Shown here in pieces: positions 53,301 to 64,000 of a stretch of 64,000 bases of DNA (positions are counted from its first letter, which is position 1; every line of letters starts with the position of its first letter). Below the pieces are notes generated by a model. The model saw only the letters and a program-made list of their open reading frames with translations. It was not told the DNA's origin and did no database searches. The DNA lies in contig CM082586.2 of the NCBI GenBank assembly GCA_040954595.2, positions 4,822,509 through 4,886,508 of the forward strand. Direction: 5' to 3'. A program made the translations under genes and the position numbers. The stretch comes from Balanoglossus misakiensis (Eukaryota > Animalia > Hemichordata).

Positions 53301-56300
53301 CTTTTGTTTTTCCGGGGTACGTGTTCGACATTTATATTCAGCTGTTAAAAATGACAAGAAGGAAACATTCCGCGTTGGTCTTGACCGTGAAAAAATAATA
53401 ACTTAAAACGTTCGGTGTTAGTAAGCGGTCTTACTGAGAAATTCAAACGACTCGGAAGAATATGCGCAGGCTCTATAACCGGCGACACACCTGAATAGGT
53501 CGCTAACAAATGATATCGATTTTGCCGTTCGTCTTTCGTCACAGTAAGTTTATATTGTAAAGGGGTGTTGGTTGTTAGGGTGATTGAAATCCCTAAAGCG
53601 ACAGTTAAATTAAAATTTGTGATAAATCTGAAAGTTGATGGCGTGTTAAGGTGTGGGAGTGATCACGTTGAGGTATAAAGTAAACACTATGTCGCTATAC
53701 ATATATTTCGCCCATAGAAGAAAAAGATAACATAGGGAGTTAAAGAAAAATGCTGACTCAGCAGTTTTCCCTATGTGGACCCTCGAACTGAAAAAAAAGT
53801 AAGATGGGAACACTGCATTCTATTTATTTTTGTTTAAAAAAAAACATTGATCTATAAAATAGTATAAAATCGGAAAAATTATAATATTTTAAATTTGTCC
53901 TCATTATTTCTTTTTCTTTGATCGTTTTCGACAGTTTGACCTCGTGTGCGGACGAGAATGGTTGAACTATTTGGCCAAACTCATGGTCCCTGCGGGTAAC
54001 CTGGTCGGTGCGGTAGTCCTTGGACAACTAGCGGACATGTGAGCATTTATGTATTTGCATTTCCGTCCGTTTTCCGATTCACTTTTATTTCACGTCTTGC
54101 ACACAACCCATAACCACCAACAGGCAACAGTCGTGGCTCGTGTCATCATAAATCGCCATTTTTATGACTGACCGACTTGTCTGTTGGTAAATTCGAATTT
54201 ATGTATAGTTTTGTTTCTTTGTTTTGTTTTGTTTTGCAACATATCAATATCTTGATGACGTAACATCTGGCAAAAATGACCATACACATTACATTACATC
54301 ATGACATAAGTTACGTCACTGAGTGACAAAAGATGGAATTTCACAGCTGCAAGTGCGGCCATTGGCGGGGCGGGGGGGGGGGGTGTACTCCTATGATGCA
54401 ATATGGTGGCGCTCAGTTTGAAAATTGCATGGCCGTTCAATTCACATCACATGCATAAGTATTTAGCAGCATACCTCCATCCTCAGACAGCTCCATGCTC
54501 CATTTTCGGACCAAAGCGGAACTTCTAATAATAACTGGGTCCTTTCCGTGATCGAAGCAAAATGTGATGGGTGCCGAAGTCTTGGTTTCGCTGAGGCACC
54601 GTCGCTTTGCGACCACGACTGAGCGAGGTTCATTGTGCCTCGTCGAAACCAAATTGGACTCGACCGAGTCACCTGACACCGTACCAGTCATCTGACTCTG
54701 TACCACAGGTGGAGATGAAGTCGAGCGCCGCGTTGTATTAGCATACGACGAGAAGCTCGCCCCCCCATCTCGTGTCTGACGTGCGGAATCCCAAATTTCC
54801 ATCACAAAGGCTTCAGTCAGCTAAAAGTGTGACTTGATTTGCCTTTTGAGTGTTCTCGTCACATTATATAACCGGAACTGTTAATTTGTCTAGAGCCAAA
54901 ACACGCGTTTCTTGCCGAAGTTATTTCAAGTCTTTCCAAAATTATGACACACGAGAAACTGAAAATACTGTTTGTTGCGCGTAAGAAAAGCTCGTGTGCT
55001 TTGATTTAATTAAGTGTTATAAGCGACACGAAAACTTTGAAAGTGAAAGCTAAAGCGCAAATTGCCAACTTCCTGGGGTATAACAGGACCAGCGATTTTT
55101 GGTGCACATTTTGAACACATTTCTTGCTGTCATTGTCTGGTTAAAATCCCACAAATTCAGTGCATTTGAAAGATGGGGGAGAAATACATGTAAGCGCGGC
55201 CATACAAGTCTCATCATGAGAGTAATTATCCAGGGAGAAACGTGATCATGCGATCCCGTGTATTAGCGCGGCTAATGCATGCGATCACGTTCCACGAACG
55301 TGATTTGGTGTGAATTGCGCGACCATGCACGCGGCTTTGTGCTTGTCTCGGGTTTATCTCAAATGAAATTAAGCTCTGCACTGAAATTATCGTCGACTCA
55401 GAAATAAAAAACGCACATTTAATTAATCAAATTAAACCTCTCTTTTTCCAGCTTTGGCCGAAAACACGTGTTCTTCACGTGTATAATCCTTACATTCCTG
55501 GCTGGATTCGTGACGACGTTTGCTACAAATATCGTATTTTACATGGTTGGTCAGTTTTGCATGGGCTTCTTTCACAGCGGTGTCTATATAGTTGCCATAG
55601 TGATTGGTAAGTAAACGCATAACTACATTTATTCTTCAAAAATACTCGTTTTGTATATTCAAAAGATCGTGTCAAAGCATGTTGGCGGTATTTCAGGCAC
55701 ATAAATAGTCCACCATTGTGTGTGAAGCGTTATTTCCATTTCTATGTTCACGCAAGTCGAATGCATGTCATTTGTATACATACTGCGCCAATTTTAAAAG
55801 CTCAACGTGTTCCTCGACCAAAATATATGCGTCGTTTGCCGACGTGGCGATCCACAAATAGTGAGACAGTAATCGTGTACACCGACCCTCTGATCAAAGA
55901 ACGGGTTTGAACCCGAAAAGCCACTGTTTATACTCGTGCGTAAAACAGAAGCTGTCTTTAAGGGTAATAAAACAGACAGACAGACTGACATGCAGGCAGG
56001 CAGGCAGCTAAAGATAGACATACAGATAAACAAACATAGCTATATATCTCTTCTATTCTGATTCTCATGATCCTGTCTCTATCCTTACAGGGATGGAAAT
56101 AGTCACGGAAAACCACCGCGCCATGGGCGTCACCTTGATCATGTGTTTCTATGCATTCGGTTACATGTTGGTGGCGGTGTTGGCGCTTCTGCTGAAGAGT
56201 AACTGGCAACGTTTATTGTTCACTATCTCAATCTCCTGGCTGGTTTACTTTCCATATTATTGGTGAGCCTCGATATTTTTTTTACAATTGATAAATATTG

Positions 56301-59187
56301 CGATTCGCCGGATTAATTAATTGATAATACAGTTATTTCCGTTGGTTATACGGCCTCTGGCAACTGACTTCAAGGTTATAATTTGACTGGCTTGCTTCCT
56401 CCTGACGTTTTAAATAGATATGGGAACGCGATAGACAGTCTCATGAGTGCCACCTTTCGTGAAATTTCTTCTTCAGTAATGAAGGCAAGAATGCCTTCTC
56501 TCCATAATCATATATGCGTATATGATGTTTTGAGACGACAACGTGAGCTCACAAGTAGACAGCCCCCCCCCCCCCCCCCCCCCCCCATTTATAATGGTTA
56601 AAGAATTTCCGCGTCTCTGTCTCCAATCCTAGGATTGTACCAGAGTCTCTGCGCTGGCTTATCAACAGACGCAGATTCATGAAGGCACACGCCCTCGTCG
56701 ACAGAATAGCCGAGCACAACAAAGTCGAGCTGCCGATCAACTTCTACAAGAAATGTTTCCCGAGTTACATGGACGAGGTAATGGTCCCACTGAATATTGA
56801 CAAACAATAAAAGAAATGGCGTAGACGATAATTGAAAGAAACCGCGTAACTTTAACAAGGGTCAGAGCTCTTACATACACTAAAACACATAAAGTCCATT
56901 TGTAATGGAGATCGCATTTTATTTACAGTGTTAAATTTCGTGAACGAATCGTGACCAGACTTGTTTCTTACACGTTTCCAATTTCGCTTCTTGAAACCCC
57001 GAGACCTGTCAGAGAGTGTTGGTGTCTGATTTGGCGTGATCCTGGATTAGTCTGAACTATGACGATGGTTTGAACCGATCTCCAATTACGCCTCATTGTT
57101 CGTGCTAGCTCTCAATGCGTATTACGTATCCAACACTTGTCCCATACGCAGTTACATAGTTTTCGCCAATAACACAACAGCTCTTTTTAATTTACGTTTT
57201 CGGTATTAAATAACACTTACTTAAATAATTTATAATTTCAGTCGCACCAGAAACGAACAATTGTTGACTTATTCAAGAGTCGTCGCTTGGCACTTCGTAT
57301 GTGCATAGCGTGTATAATTTGGTAAGTCAATATAGGGCCTAAATTATTGTGATTTCATTATAATTATCACGTTCTTGGTTTACACATTTCCGGCACTTTC
57401 CTGTTACATTTGCCTAGCATGTATTATTTCTCGCTTCCGATGACTTGGGAGACAACAGACTTTGCAGTGATGAACTATTTCCGTTTCCATTAGGTTCTCC
57501 ATTTCTTGCACTTACTTCGGCATCTACCTCGAGGCGGACAAGTTGTCCATGAGCCCGTACCTGCGCCCGGTGGTGACGACGATCGTGGAAATCCCGTCGT
57601 TCCTGTTGACCTGGCTCCTGGTCACCATCATCGGTAGACGGACGATGTTGATGTTCAACACGGCCTTCGCTGGCCTGGCTCTGGTCGCTGCGATTTTTGT
57701 CGGTATGTATGCAGTTGTCTTTGTTAAAGCTGCGCTTGGGGGCGATAAAATGATTTCGGATCTCTGGTAACACTTCTGCCAAAGGGAACCTCGGTAACAT
57801 TTACCTGGTATGGTGTTGAGCGCGTGGCAATTAACACATACCCATATACGTGCTATATTGTTTTCTAAATATGTCTATTTTTGTTTTACAATTACAGGTC
57901 ACTTTGTCGTCATGATGATGTTTCTTTTCATCGGTAAAATATTCATAGCGTGCTCTCTGGCCGTGGCGCATCTCATTACACTGGAATTCCTGCCAACACC
58001 AGTCAGGTGAGACATTAGGAAATTCCATTCACCCCCCTGTTTCTTTGCACATGGAATCGCCTTCACAGCTTGGGCCGGAGAATGCGCCTCCGTGACGCGT
58101 TCTGGTTGTCTGGTCACGTGAGACGCAGTGATCAATGAATCTGCATATCCGATGCGGTCGCGTGCAGAGGCAGACGTCCTTGTCGACGGTTTTGTCTTTC
58201 AGGACATGACTAAGTGTCGCGGAATGCTTTCCCGCCAACAGTGGTGTCTCTGGAACTTGCCCGCACTAAATTTATGCTTGGCTGACCAAACGTTATTTGA
58301 TAAAAAAAAGCTCCGGTTTAAAAATACGTAGGATGTGGCCCCAAGAAAGTTACAATAAACGTGCGCGTAATTCCAGTGGCCGGTGCTCACACCCAACGTT
58401 TCAGTCAGAGCGCCGCCATTGTTTGGAGTGAGAAACTCGTGGACTTCACGGGGAAATTAAAGAATTTATCATTTTCTGAACATCACGAATAAATTTAGAT
58501 TAAGGCAAACGAGTAACCCAGAAGACTCCCAAGTTTTTTTCTGAAAAAATGGCGATTCTCAATCCAAATGCATCTTTATACTTACTACTACCATAGACTG
58601 TCTATGCTACTACTAGAGATACCATATATAATCTATTTTTCACCTTGTGTATCGTTCCACAGGAGTGTTGGTTTCGGATTGGCATTTGCATTTTCCTGTC
58701 TGGGGACCATCGTCTGCCCCTTCGTACTCATGCTGGGCGACTACTGGAAACCGTTCCCGTTCCTCATATTCAGCATTCTCACCCTGGCGTCGGCCGGTCT
58801 GGCGCTTCTGTTGCCGAAAACGGTGAGGAAGAAGTTGCCCGAGACGATGGAAGACGGCGAAGCCTTGAAAAGGTACAGGATATATACAACGGATGTTTTA
58901 GTTCTCTCCCACGCATGTCATTGTCGTGTGATTGCATCTGCCGGACACTTTGACCTGGTTTGATGCCATATATAACACACAATTCTATTCTGACTTTGCA
59001 ACAGACTTAAAACGTCGAAAATGTTATGAATAGGAGGTGAGCTTGTATTGAACTATGCCATTTTAATTTCCTTGTTCACAGGCGCGGTTCCAGAATGTAT
59101 GAAGCCGACGACAACGGCGAAAATGTCGGCTCGGAAATCAAACTCCAACTCGAAAGAGAGGATGGGACAGGGGACGACAATCTGTGA
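50369..59187 (+). CDS. SLC22-family transporter, paralogue B (about 566 aa)
   Basis: Exons 50369-50779, 53935-54038, 55452-55606, 56091-56262, 56633-56777, 57242-57321, 57494-57702, 57898-58006, 58663-58872, 59082-59187 (1701 nt, continuous frame). Motifs: LGSFGRYQ, CQTWVYDRSTYDNTVV, FDLVC, ADIFGRK, PESLRWL, EFLPTPVR, LPET. Exon sizes 104/155/172/209/109/210 are identical to paralogue A. Confidence 0.92.
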
Positions 59188-59489
59188 ATCAATGCACCCC
59201 CCCCCCCTTCCATTGAAATGACACCAGCGCCCTCGGTAGTTCAATGACTTCCAGGACTCCGGAGGACGGTCGTCATATTACTAATACATTTACAGCATGT
59301 ACGTATTATCACAGATTTAATGTGCAAATATAAACAGAATCCAGTACAGACTGTTTTTAAAAATGGAATTGTTTCAACAGTCAAGATGTCAGGCAGACAG
59401 CTGACGACAATATGCAAGAAAACCTGAAATCTGATTAATTGGATTTGTGAATAGGTTGAAGCCTCAGTAGCCTAGTGTATCTTATCACG

Positions 59490-59898
59490 TAGCCCGATTG
59501 TGGCATTTGTCTTTCAAAGGTAATTGCGTGATACAGTGCTTACCAGAAGATATATACCTCCTTTCATGACAGTTCTACGTTTACAAGCAATTTGGGGCGT
59601 AAAAGACAATATTGGGTATGCCCTCAAATATGGCTGCCAGTAGCCCTACTGTGTGTTTTGTCTTTCAATGGTAATGATGTGCAACAGTCATTACCAGGAG
59701 ATCGATACATACCTCTTTTTACAAGTATAGATTTACAACAATCTGAGCATAAAAGATAATATTTGGTATGACCCCAAATATGGCCACCAGTGGCCCTATT
59801 GTGTGCATGTTTTGTGAGATTACAATTATAGGTTTACAAGAAACTTACTGGTAACTGAGCGAAACAGAATATTGGGTACGCCCCCTAAAATGGCTGCG
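59490..59898. repeat. Degenerate tandem repeat of about 150 bp (about 3 copies) downstream of the paralogue B stop
   Basis: tagccc..tgtg..tttgtctttcaa.ggtaat...aatatt.ggtatg.cc.caaatatggc recurs at about 59490, 59641 and 59791. Confidence 0.8.
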
Positions 59899-60787
59899 TG
59901 TATCATGCTTTTTAGAACCCGAAGTTTAGTATTGGCATTATCGGCGCCTTGGTACCAACACCAAAGCAATATTATAAACTGTCTTCGTACCAACAAACAC
60001 ATGCCTTGGTGATTTGTTTTGTTCAAAAGGGCAAAATTTTAACAATACTATAGCGTTGTAGCTTAAAGAGCAGCGTTTTTAAAAATAGCAGTTTAAATTT
60101 TGAAATTGGGCGGACGTGCCCAAAATTTACCGAGACTGCATGTTATTTTACAGTGGGATCTTTTACCAAGACATGTATAATTTCATTTTTGTTTTTAAAA
60201 ATGTAAGTTAACGAAAGAGTAAAACTTAATATTTTATTGGAAAGAAACAATGCAAAACTTACAAGCTACTGGGGTGTTCTCATGTGGTAGTGCCATAATA
60301 TAGCGCGCGTTCAACATGAACCGAGGCTAACTTTTATGTTACTCAAGAATCTCAAGGAAATGGTTAGGACGTGGTTTTACTTGTAACATATTATTTATTA
60401 AATGAAACAACACAATCTGTTCAGCTTTATTTTTTATGGAAAATCCGTGTAAATAATGTTACAAGCAATCTAATTGTGATTAAAAATGAGAAAGTTATCT
60501 GAGGAGTGCTTGTCTTTTGTTTCTCAATGTATGCCGTGTTGCGACCCCATGTTAGCCTAACTATCCGGACAGTATAGCGATAAAACAAATATCACATACA
60601 CGTAAGTTATTCATCAAATAATCTTATTTAATTAACTCAAAGCAGAGTGAAGGGAATAACAATAATTGTGACCAGGTGACCAACTGCAAAATACAATAGT
60701 TTACCAAAAGCTGCATGCTATAAATAATGCTGCTGGCGTTTTGTTATAATGCCAGCGTCACAGTTCGCAAGGAAAGTCACGTATTAC

Positions 60788-61213
60788 CTCACAATATTGT
60801 CCCGATGAGTTCGAGTAGCAGGTATAACCTGGAAACTTCCAGCTCGGGGGACCAGTTCACACAAGGGATGGCGTAAACACACGTTCCCCAACGACGGCGG
60901 CACTGTCAAGTTCTCGAAAGTCTAGAATAGTCCCGCACAGAATACGCGCATACGAAGCTCCTAATTCCAGGACGTTCACCTCAAGGTGGTGTAATCACGG
61001 AACTTCCAATCCTCCAAGAACAATATTTCCGAGAGAGTCCAGCAGAACGTAACATCCCTCGGGTTGTGACCGGAGTCCCGGCGCAAATTGACGGGAGTAC
61101 ACATAGCTGGCACATACGGGTCAGGTATAAATTTGATCGACGTGGAGACGGCATGGCGTACCGACCCAGTACACGACTAGCAGCACGGCAAGATGGCAAC
61201 GTGCGTGCCTTTT
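60788..61213 (-). pseudogene. Probable decayed exon of a secreted or receptor-type protein with an FN3-like pattern
   Basis: Joining minus-strand frames across two frameshifts gives HLAVLLVVYWVG/HAVSTSIKFIPDPYVPAMCTPVNLRRDSGHNPRDVTFCWTLSEILFLEDWKFRDY/HLEVNVLELGASYARILCG...YTCYSNSSGQYCE followed by a gtaat donor; one internal stop. Confidence 0.35.
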
Positions 61214-64000
61214 CTACCAACCAACAAACATACATAATTAATGAGCACCTGGTCACTCGGTGGGCTAAAACAAAAGAAATACGGTTGACCGGGTCACTGA
61301 ACCAATGAAAACACATACACCGAAACATGCCGAGTGATTTCTTCTGATCGGTGAAATAAACTTCGTTCTCTTTGGTCAATATAGAGCGTCAGTCAACCCC
61401 GCTTTATTCAATCTGATTAAATCGGATGTGGGGTACGGCGACGTCGTTTACTTTACGCGGTACTCTAGTACAAGTAGTGACATATTCTTCAGCAGCATAT
61501 AGAATTGTTATGCTCTCGCGTAACACTAGTAGCCCAGCGTGAAGCGTCAAGTAAAAGACGTCGCCGTATGTGATTTTAATCAGATTGACGCGGACAGGAA
61601 GCTCCTGTTGGGAATTTTTTAATGTCGCCACCAATGACGGGTATGGCAAATATCACGGTAGAAATAGGATGTGGACACAGAAGTCACATACTAGTATTTA
61701 TGTTATCTACCACTAGAGGGAACACAGTCAAGAAGTCACACAGACCAGCCAAAGTCTTTTCCGTCGCCCACTTTATACTAGTATATGCACAAAACCGATT
61801 CATGTCATTTTGAAACTCAGCCAATAAGGTGTCTAAAACAACACAATTTGCTGAACTCATTTAACTGGCGAGTCAAAACATAATTTAGACAAAACAGTGG
61901 CATTGTCCTCCCTCTGAAAACCTATATGTGAAAAAAATGTTAATGTATTTTTAATGACTATTAAATCTTCAAAATCTCAAAATGTTACACACGCACCGAT
62001 AACGACCTGTAAAGTACGTTTAAATCTTCCGTATCGCGCAATGTTATGCGGACACGCTCTGATCGTGGAAATGCTATAATCTTCTCAATTGCGTTTTAAT
62101 CCACCGTACTCCGTAATGTTAGACATCTACGTGCTATCAACGTCGGGATCCTGTCTTTACATTCGCCCAATTAAATGATCGCTTCTATGAAGAGAGTAAT
62201 GCAAGCAGGTTTTAATTCACACAAAATATGCAAAGTGGGCACATAAGGTGAGATACGTTAGCCAAGTGCATGGATATTTCTGAATACCTTTACATCTAAA
62301 GTTATAGATTAGCAACAAATCAAACCGTTACAAACACAGCCCCAACCACTACCAAAACGTTTAAATTCCCATACATTCACACCCAGTCAATTTTCACTTT
62401 GATCCGTCACACTGGACTCCAAAATATTACCCGTACACTTCCTTCTTTTGTGGTTACGTTGCAACTATCTTGAAACCGGCGATGTCCCTAAAAAGTACCG
62501 TCGGCATGGCAACATGACAGCCGCGCTCCAAGCAGACGTTTGTCGGCATAATTATCATCATCATTAAAAGGGGTTTAATACACGATTAAAATATTTTGTC
62601 ACGGGAATATGTCATTGTCGGTGTTCTGAAGGGACAACTCTCGTTGTTCCCATTAATCAAATTGGTCACCTTTAACACGCGATCGATCGCATCACCCCTG
62701 CGAGTCGATTCCGTCTACCGCTGGGCCGTATTCAGCATAAATTGTGGGATACAGAGAAACTAAAATTCCTCTTCAATGACATGAGTCGAGGTACATCAAA
62801 ATTCATTGCTAAAGCTTATCGGAAACGACAGTCCATACGTTACGAAATATGTTGACTCTCTACAAATGTATATCCTTTTTTGTCTTCAACATTTTGTGAG
62901 TTCAGATATTTTCAGAAATATGTGTAGTGTCCCCCTTTACTTTTATGTATCCTGAACAGTAATTCATATGAGAAAATAATTATTATTATTCAAAGTGACT
63001 ATACTCAGCCTGTTGTGGCTTGGTGTATTGCACTAGTCAGTAAAATAAATAAAACGCGCTAGGCTATAAGGTAATGTGACATGCAAAGACTATACCGACA
63101 CCAAGTGATGATTTCTGTACTGTATGAAAATGTCGTTTCAATCATTCTCTCTGACACCACTGCTATATTTACATCTTCCTATGGTTAATAACATGGTCAT
63201 GCATTTTGTAAATCGTACTAACATTTCACTAACTGAATACGATGACACCGAGGTCACGACGGACAGCTAAAATATGACGGTGGAATGACGAAAACCAAAA
63301 CAAGAAAAGTACAAGAGTGCGACAAGAAAAATAGTCCTCTCTCCTGTTATCCCTACCCGACAAACTCTCTCTCTTTTTCTCTCTCTCATGTTACTTTGCT
63401 GCCGTCATTGTTGTCTCAAATTGTCACTCGTCACGTTCACATTTTCTTGCGGTTTGCACCAAACTTTGTTTTTAACAAGTCTGTGGTGACGAAGAAACAT
63501 TCCCGTCTCGGCCGTTATAAATTATGCACACCAGGCCGTCTAGTGACGGAGAAGTAACCAAGGTTTCACTTTAAGCAACGCAAAGCAGGGTTGGAGAGAA
63601 AGCAACGTATATAAGATAACTTTAAAGAACATTCGCTAGGAACAAGAGCTTGTCGAGTTCTCTGTGGTAGCGTTAGCAATCTCCCACTGATACGAAACTT
63701 AACCACACACGAGTTTAGACATAAACAATGTAAACCGCGGCTACGTAAAGACATATCGCGCATTTGGCTGGCCTCTACCAAGACGTTGATATATTTCTTT
63801 TTTAACAAATCGCGTTTTGTGGCCTTGCATCATTGTTCAAGGTACGCCGCTGAAACTATATGTCATTGATATATTTTATTCCTATATCCATTAACGCTTA
63901 CTCATATTGATACGAAAATATGCCTGAATGGTTCGCTGGATGGCTCATATTTTAAAATATCGTAACTTAATTAAAACGTTGTTTTGGTATATGACATATG

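Noticed and set aside
56563-56586. Poly-C tract as a functional G-quadruplex
   Set aside because: Simple intronic homopolymer; similar tracts occur near 43561 and 54372.
61404-61649. 81-aa minus-strand ORF ending in an overlapping AATAAA
   Set aside because: Short, no supported start context, no homology recognised.

Overview
Eukaryotic genomic DNA with spliced genes, most likely an invertebrate deuterostome (taxon inferred, not proven). 1-14594 is a highly homogeneous 88-bp satellite (about 166 units, no indels) with nascent higher-order structure. 14.6-19.0 kb is a satellite-edge patchwork: a ~750-bp block duplicated around a degenerate satellite island, repeated exon-like modules on the minus strand, and a 128/190-bp tandem repeat. 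19-24.6 kb is CpG-rich, hairpin-rich and unidentified. Then come TRAPPC9 (minus strand, 22 coding exons, about 1151 aa, with an AT-AC U12-type intron), CHRAC1 head-to-head with it (the same neighbour as in vertebrates), two tandem SLC22-family transporter genes with the same exon architecture, and a probable decayed exon near 61 kb. Exon boundaries were read by eye and checked for frame continuity. No prokaryotic system or CRISPR array is present.
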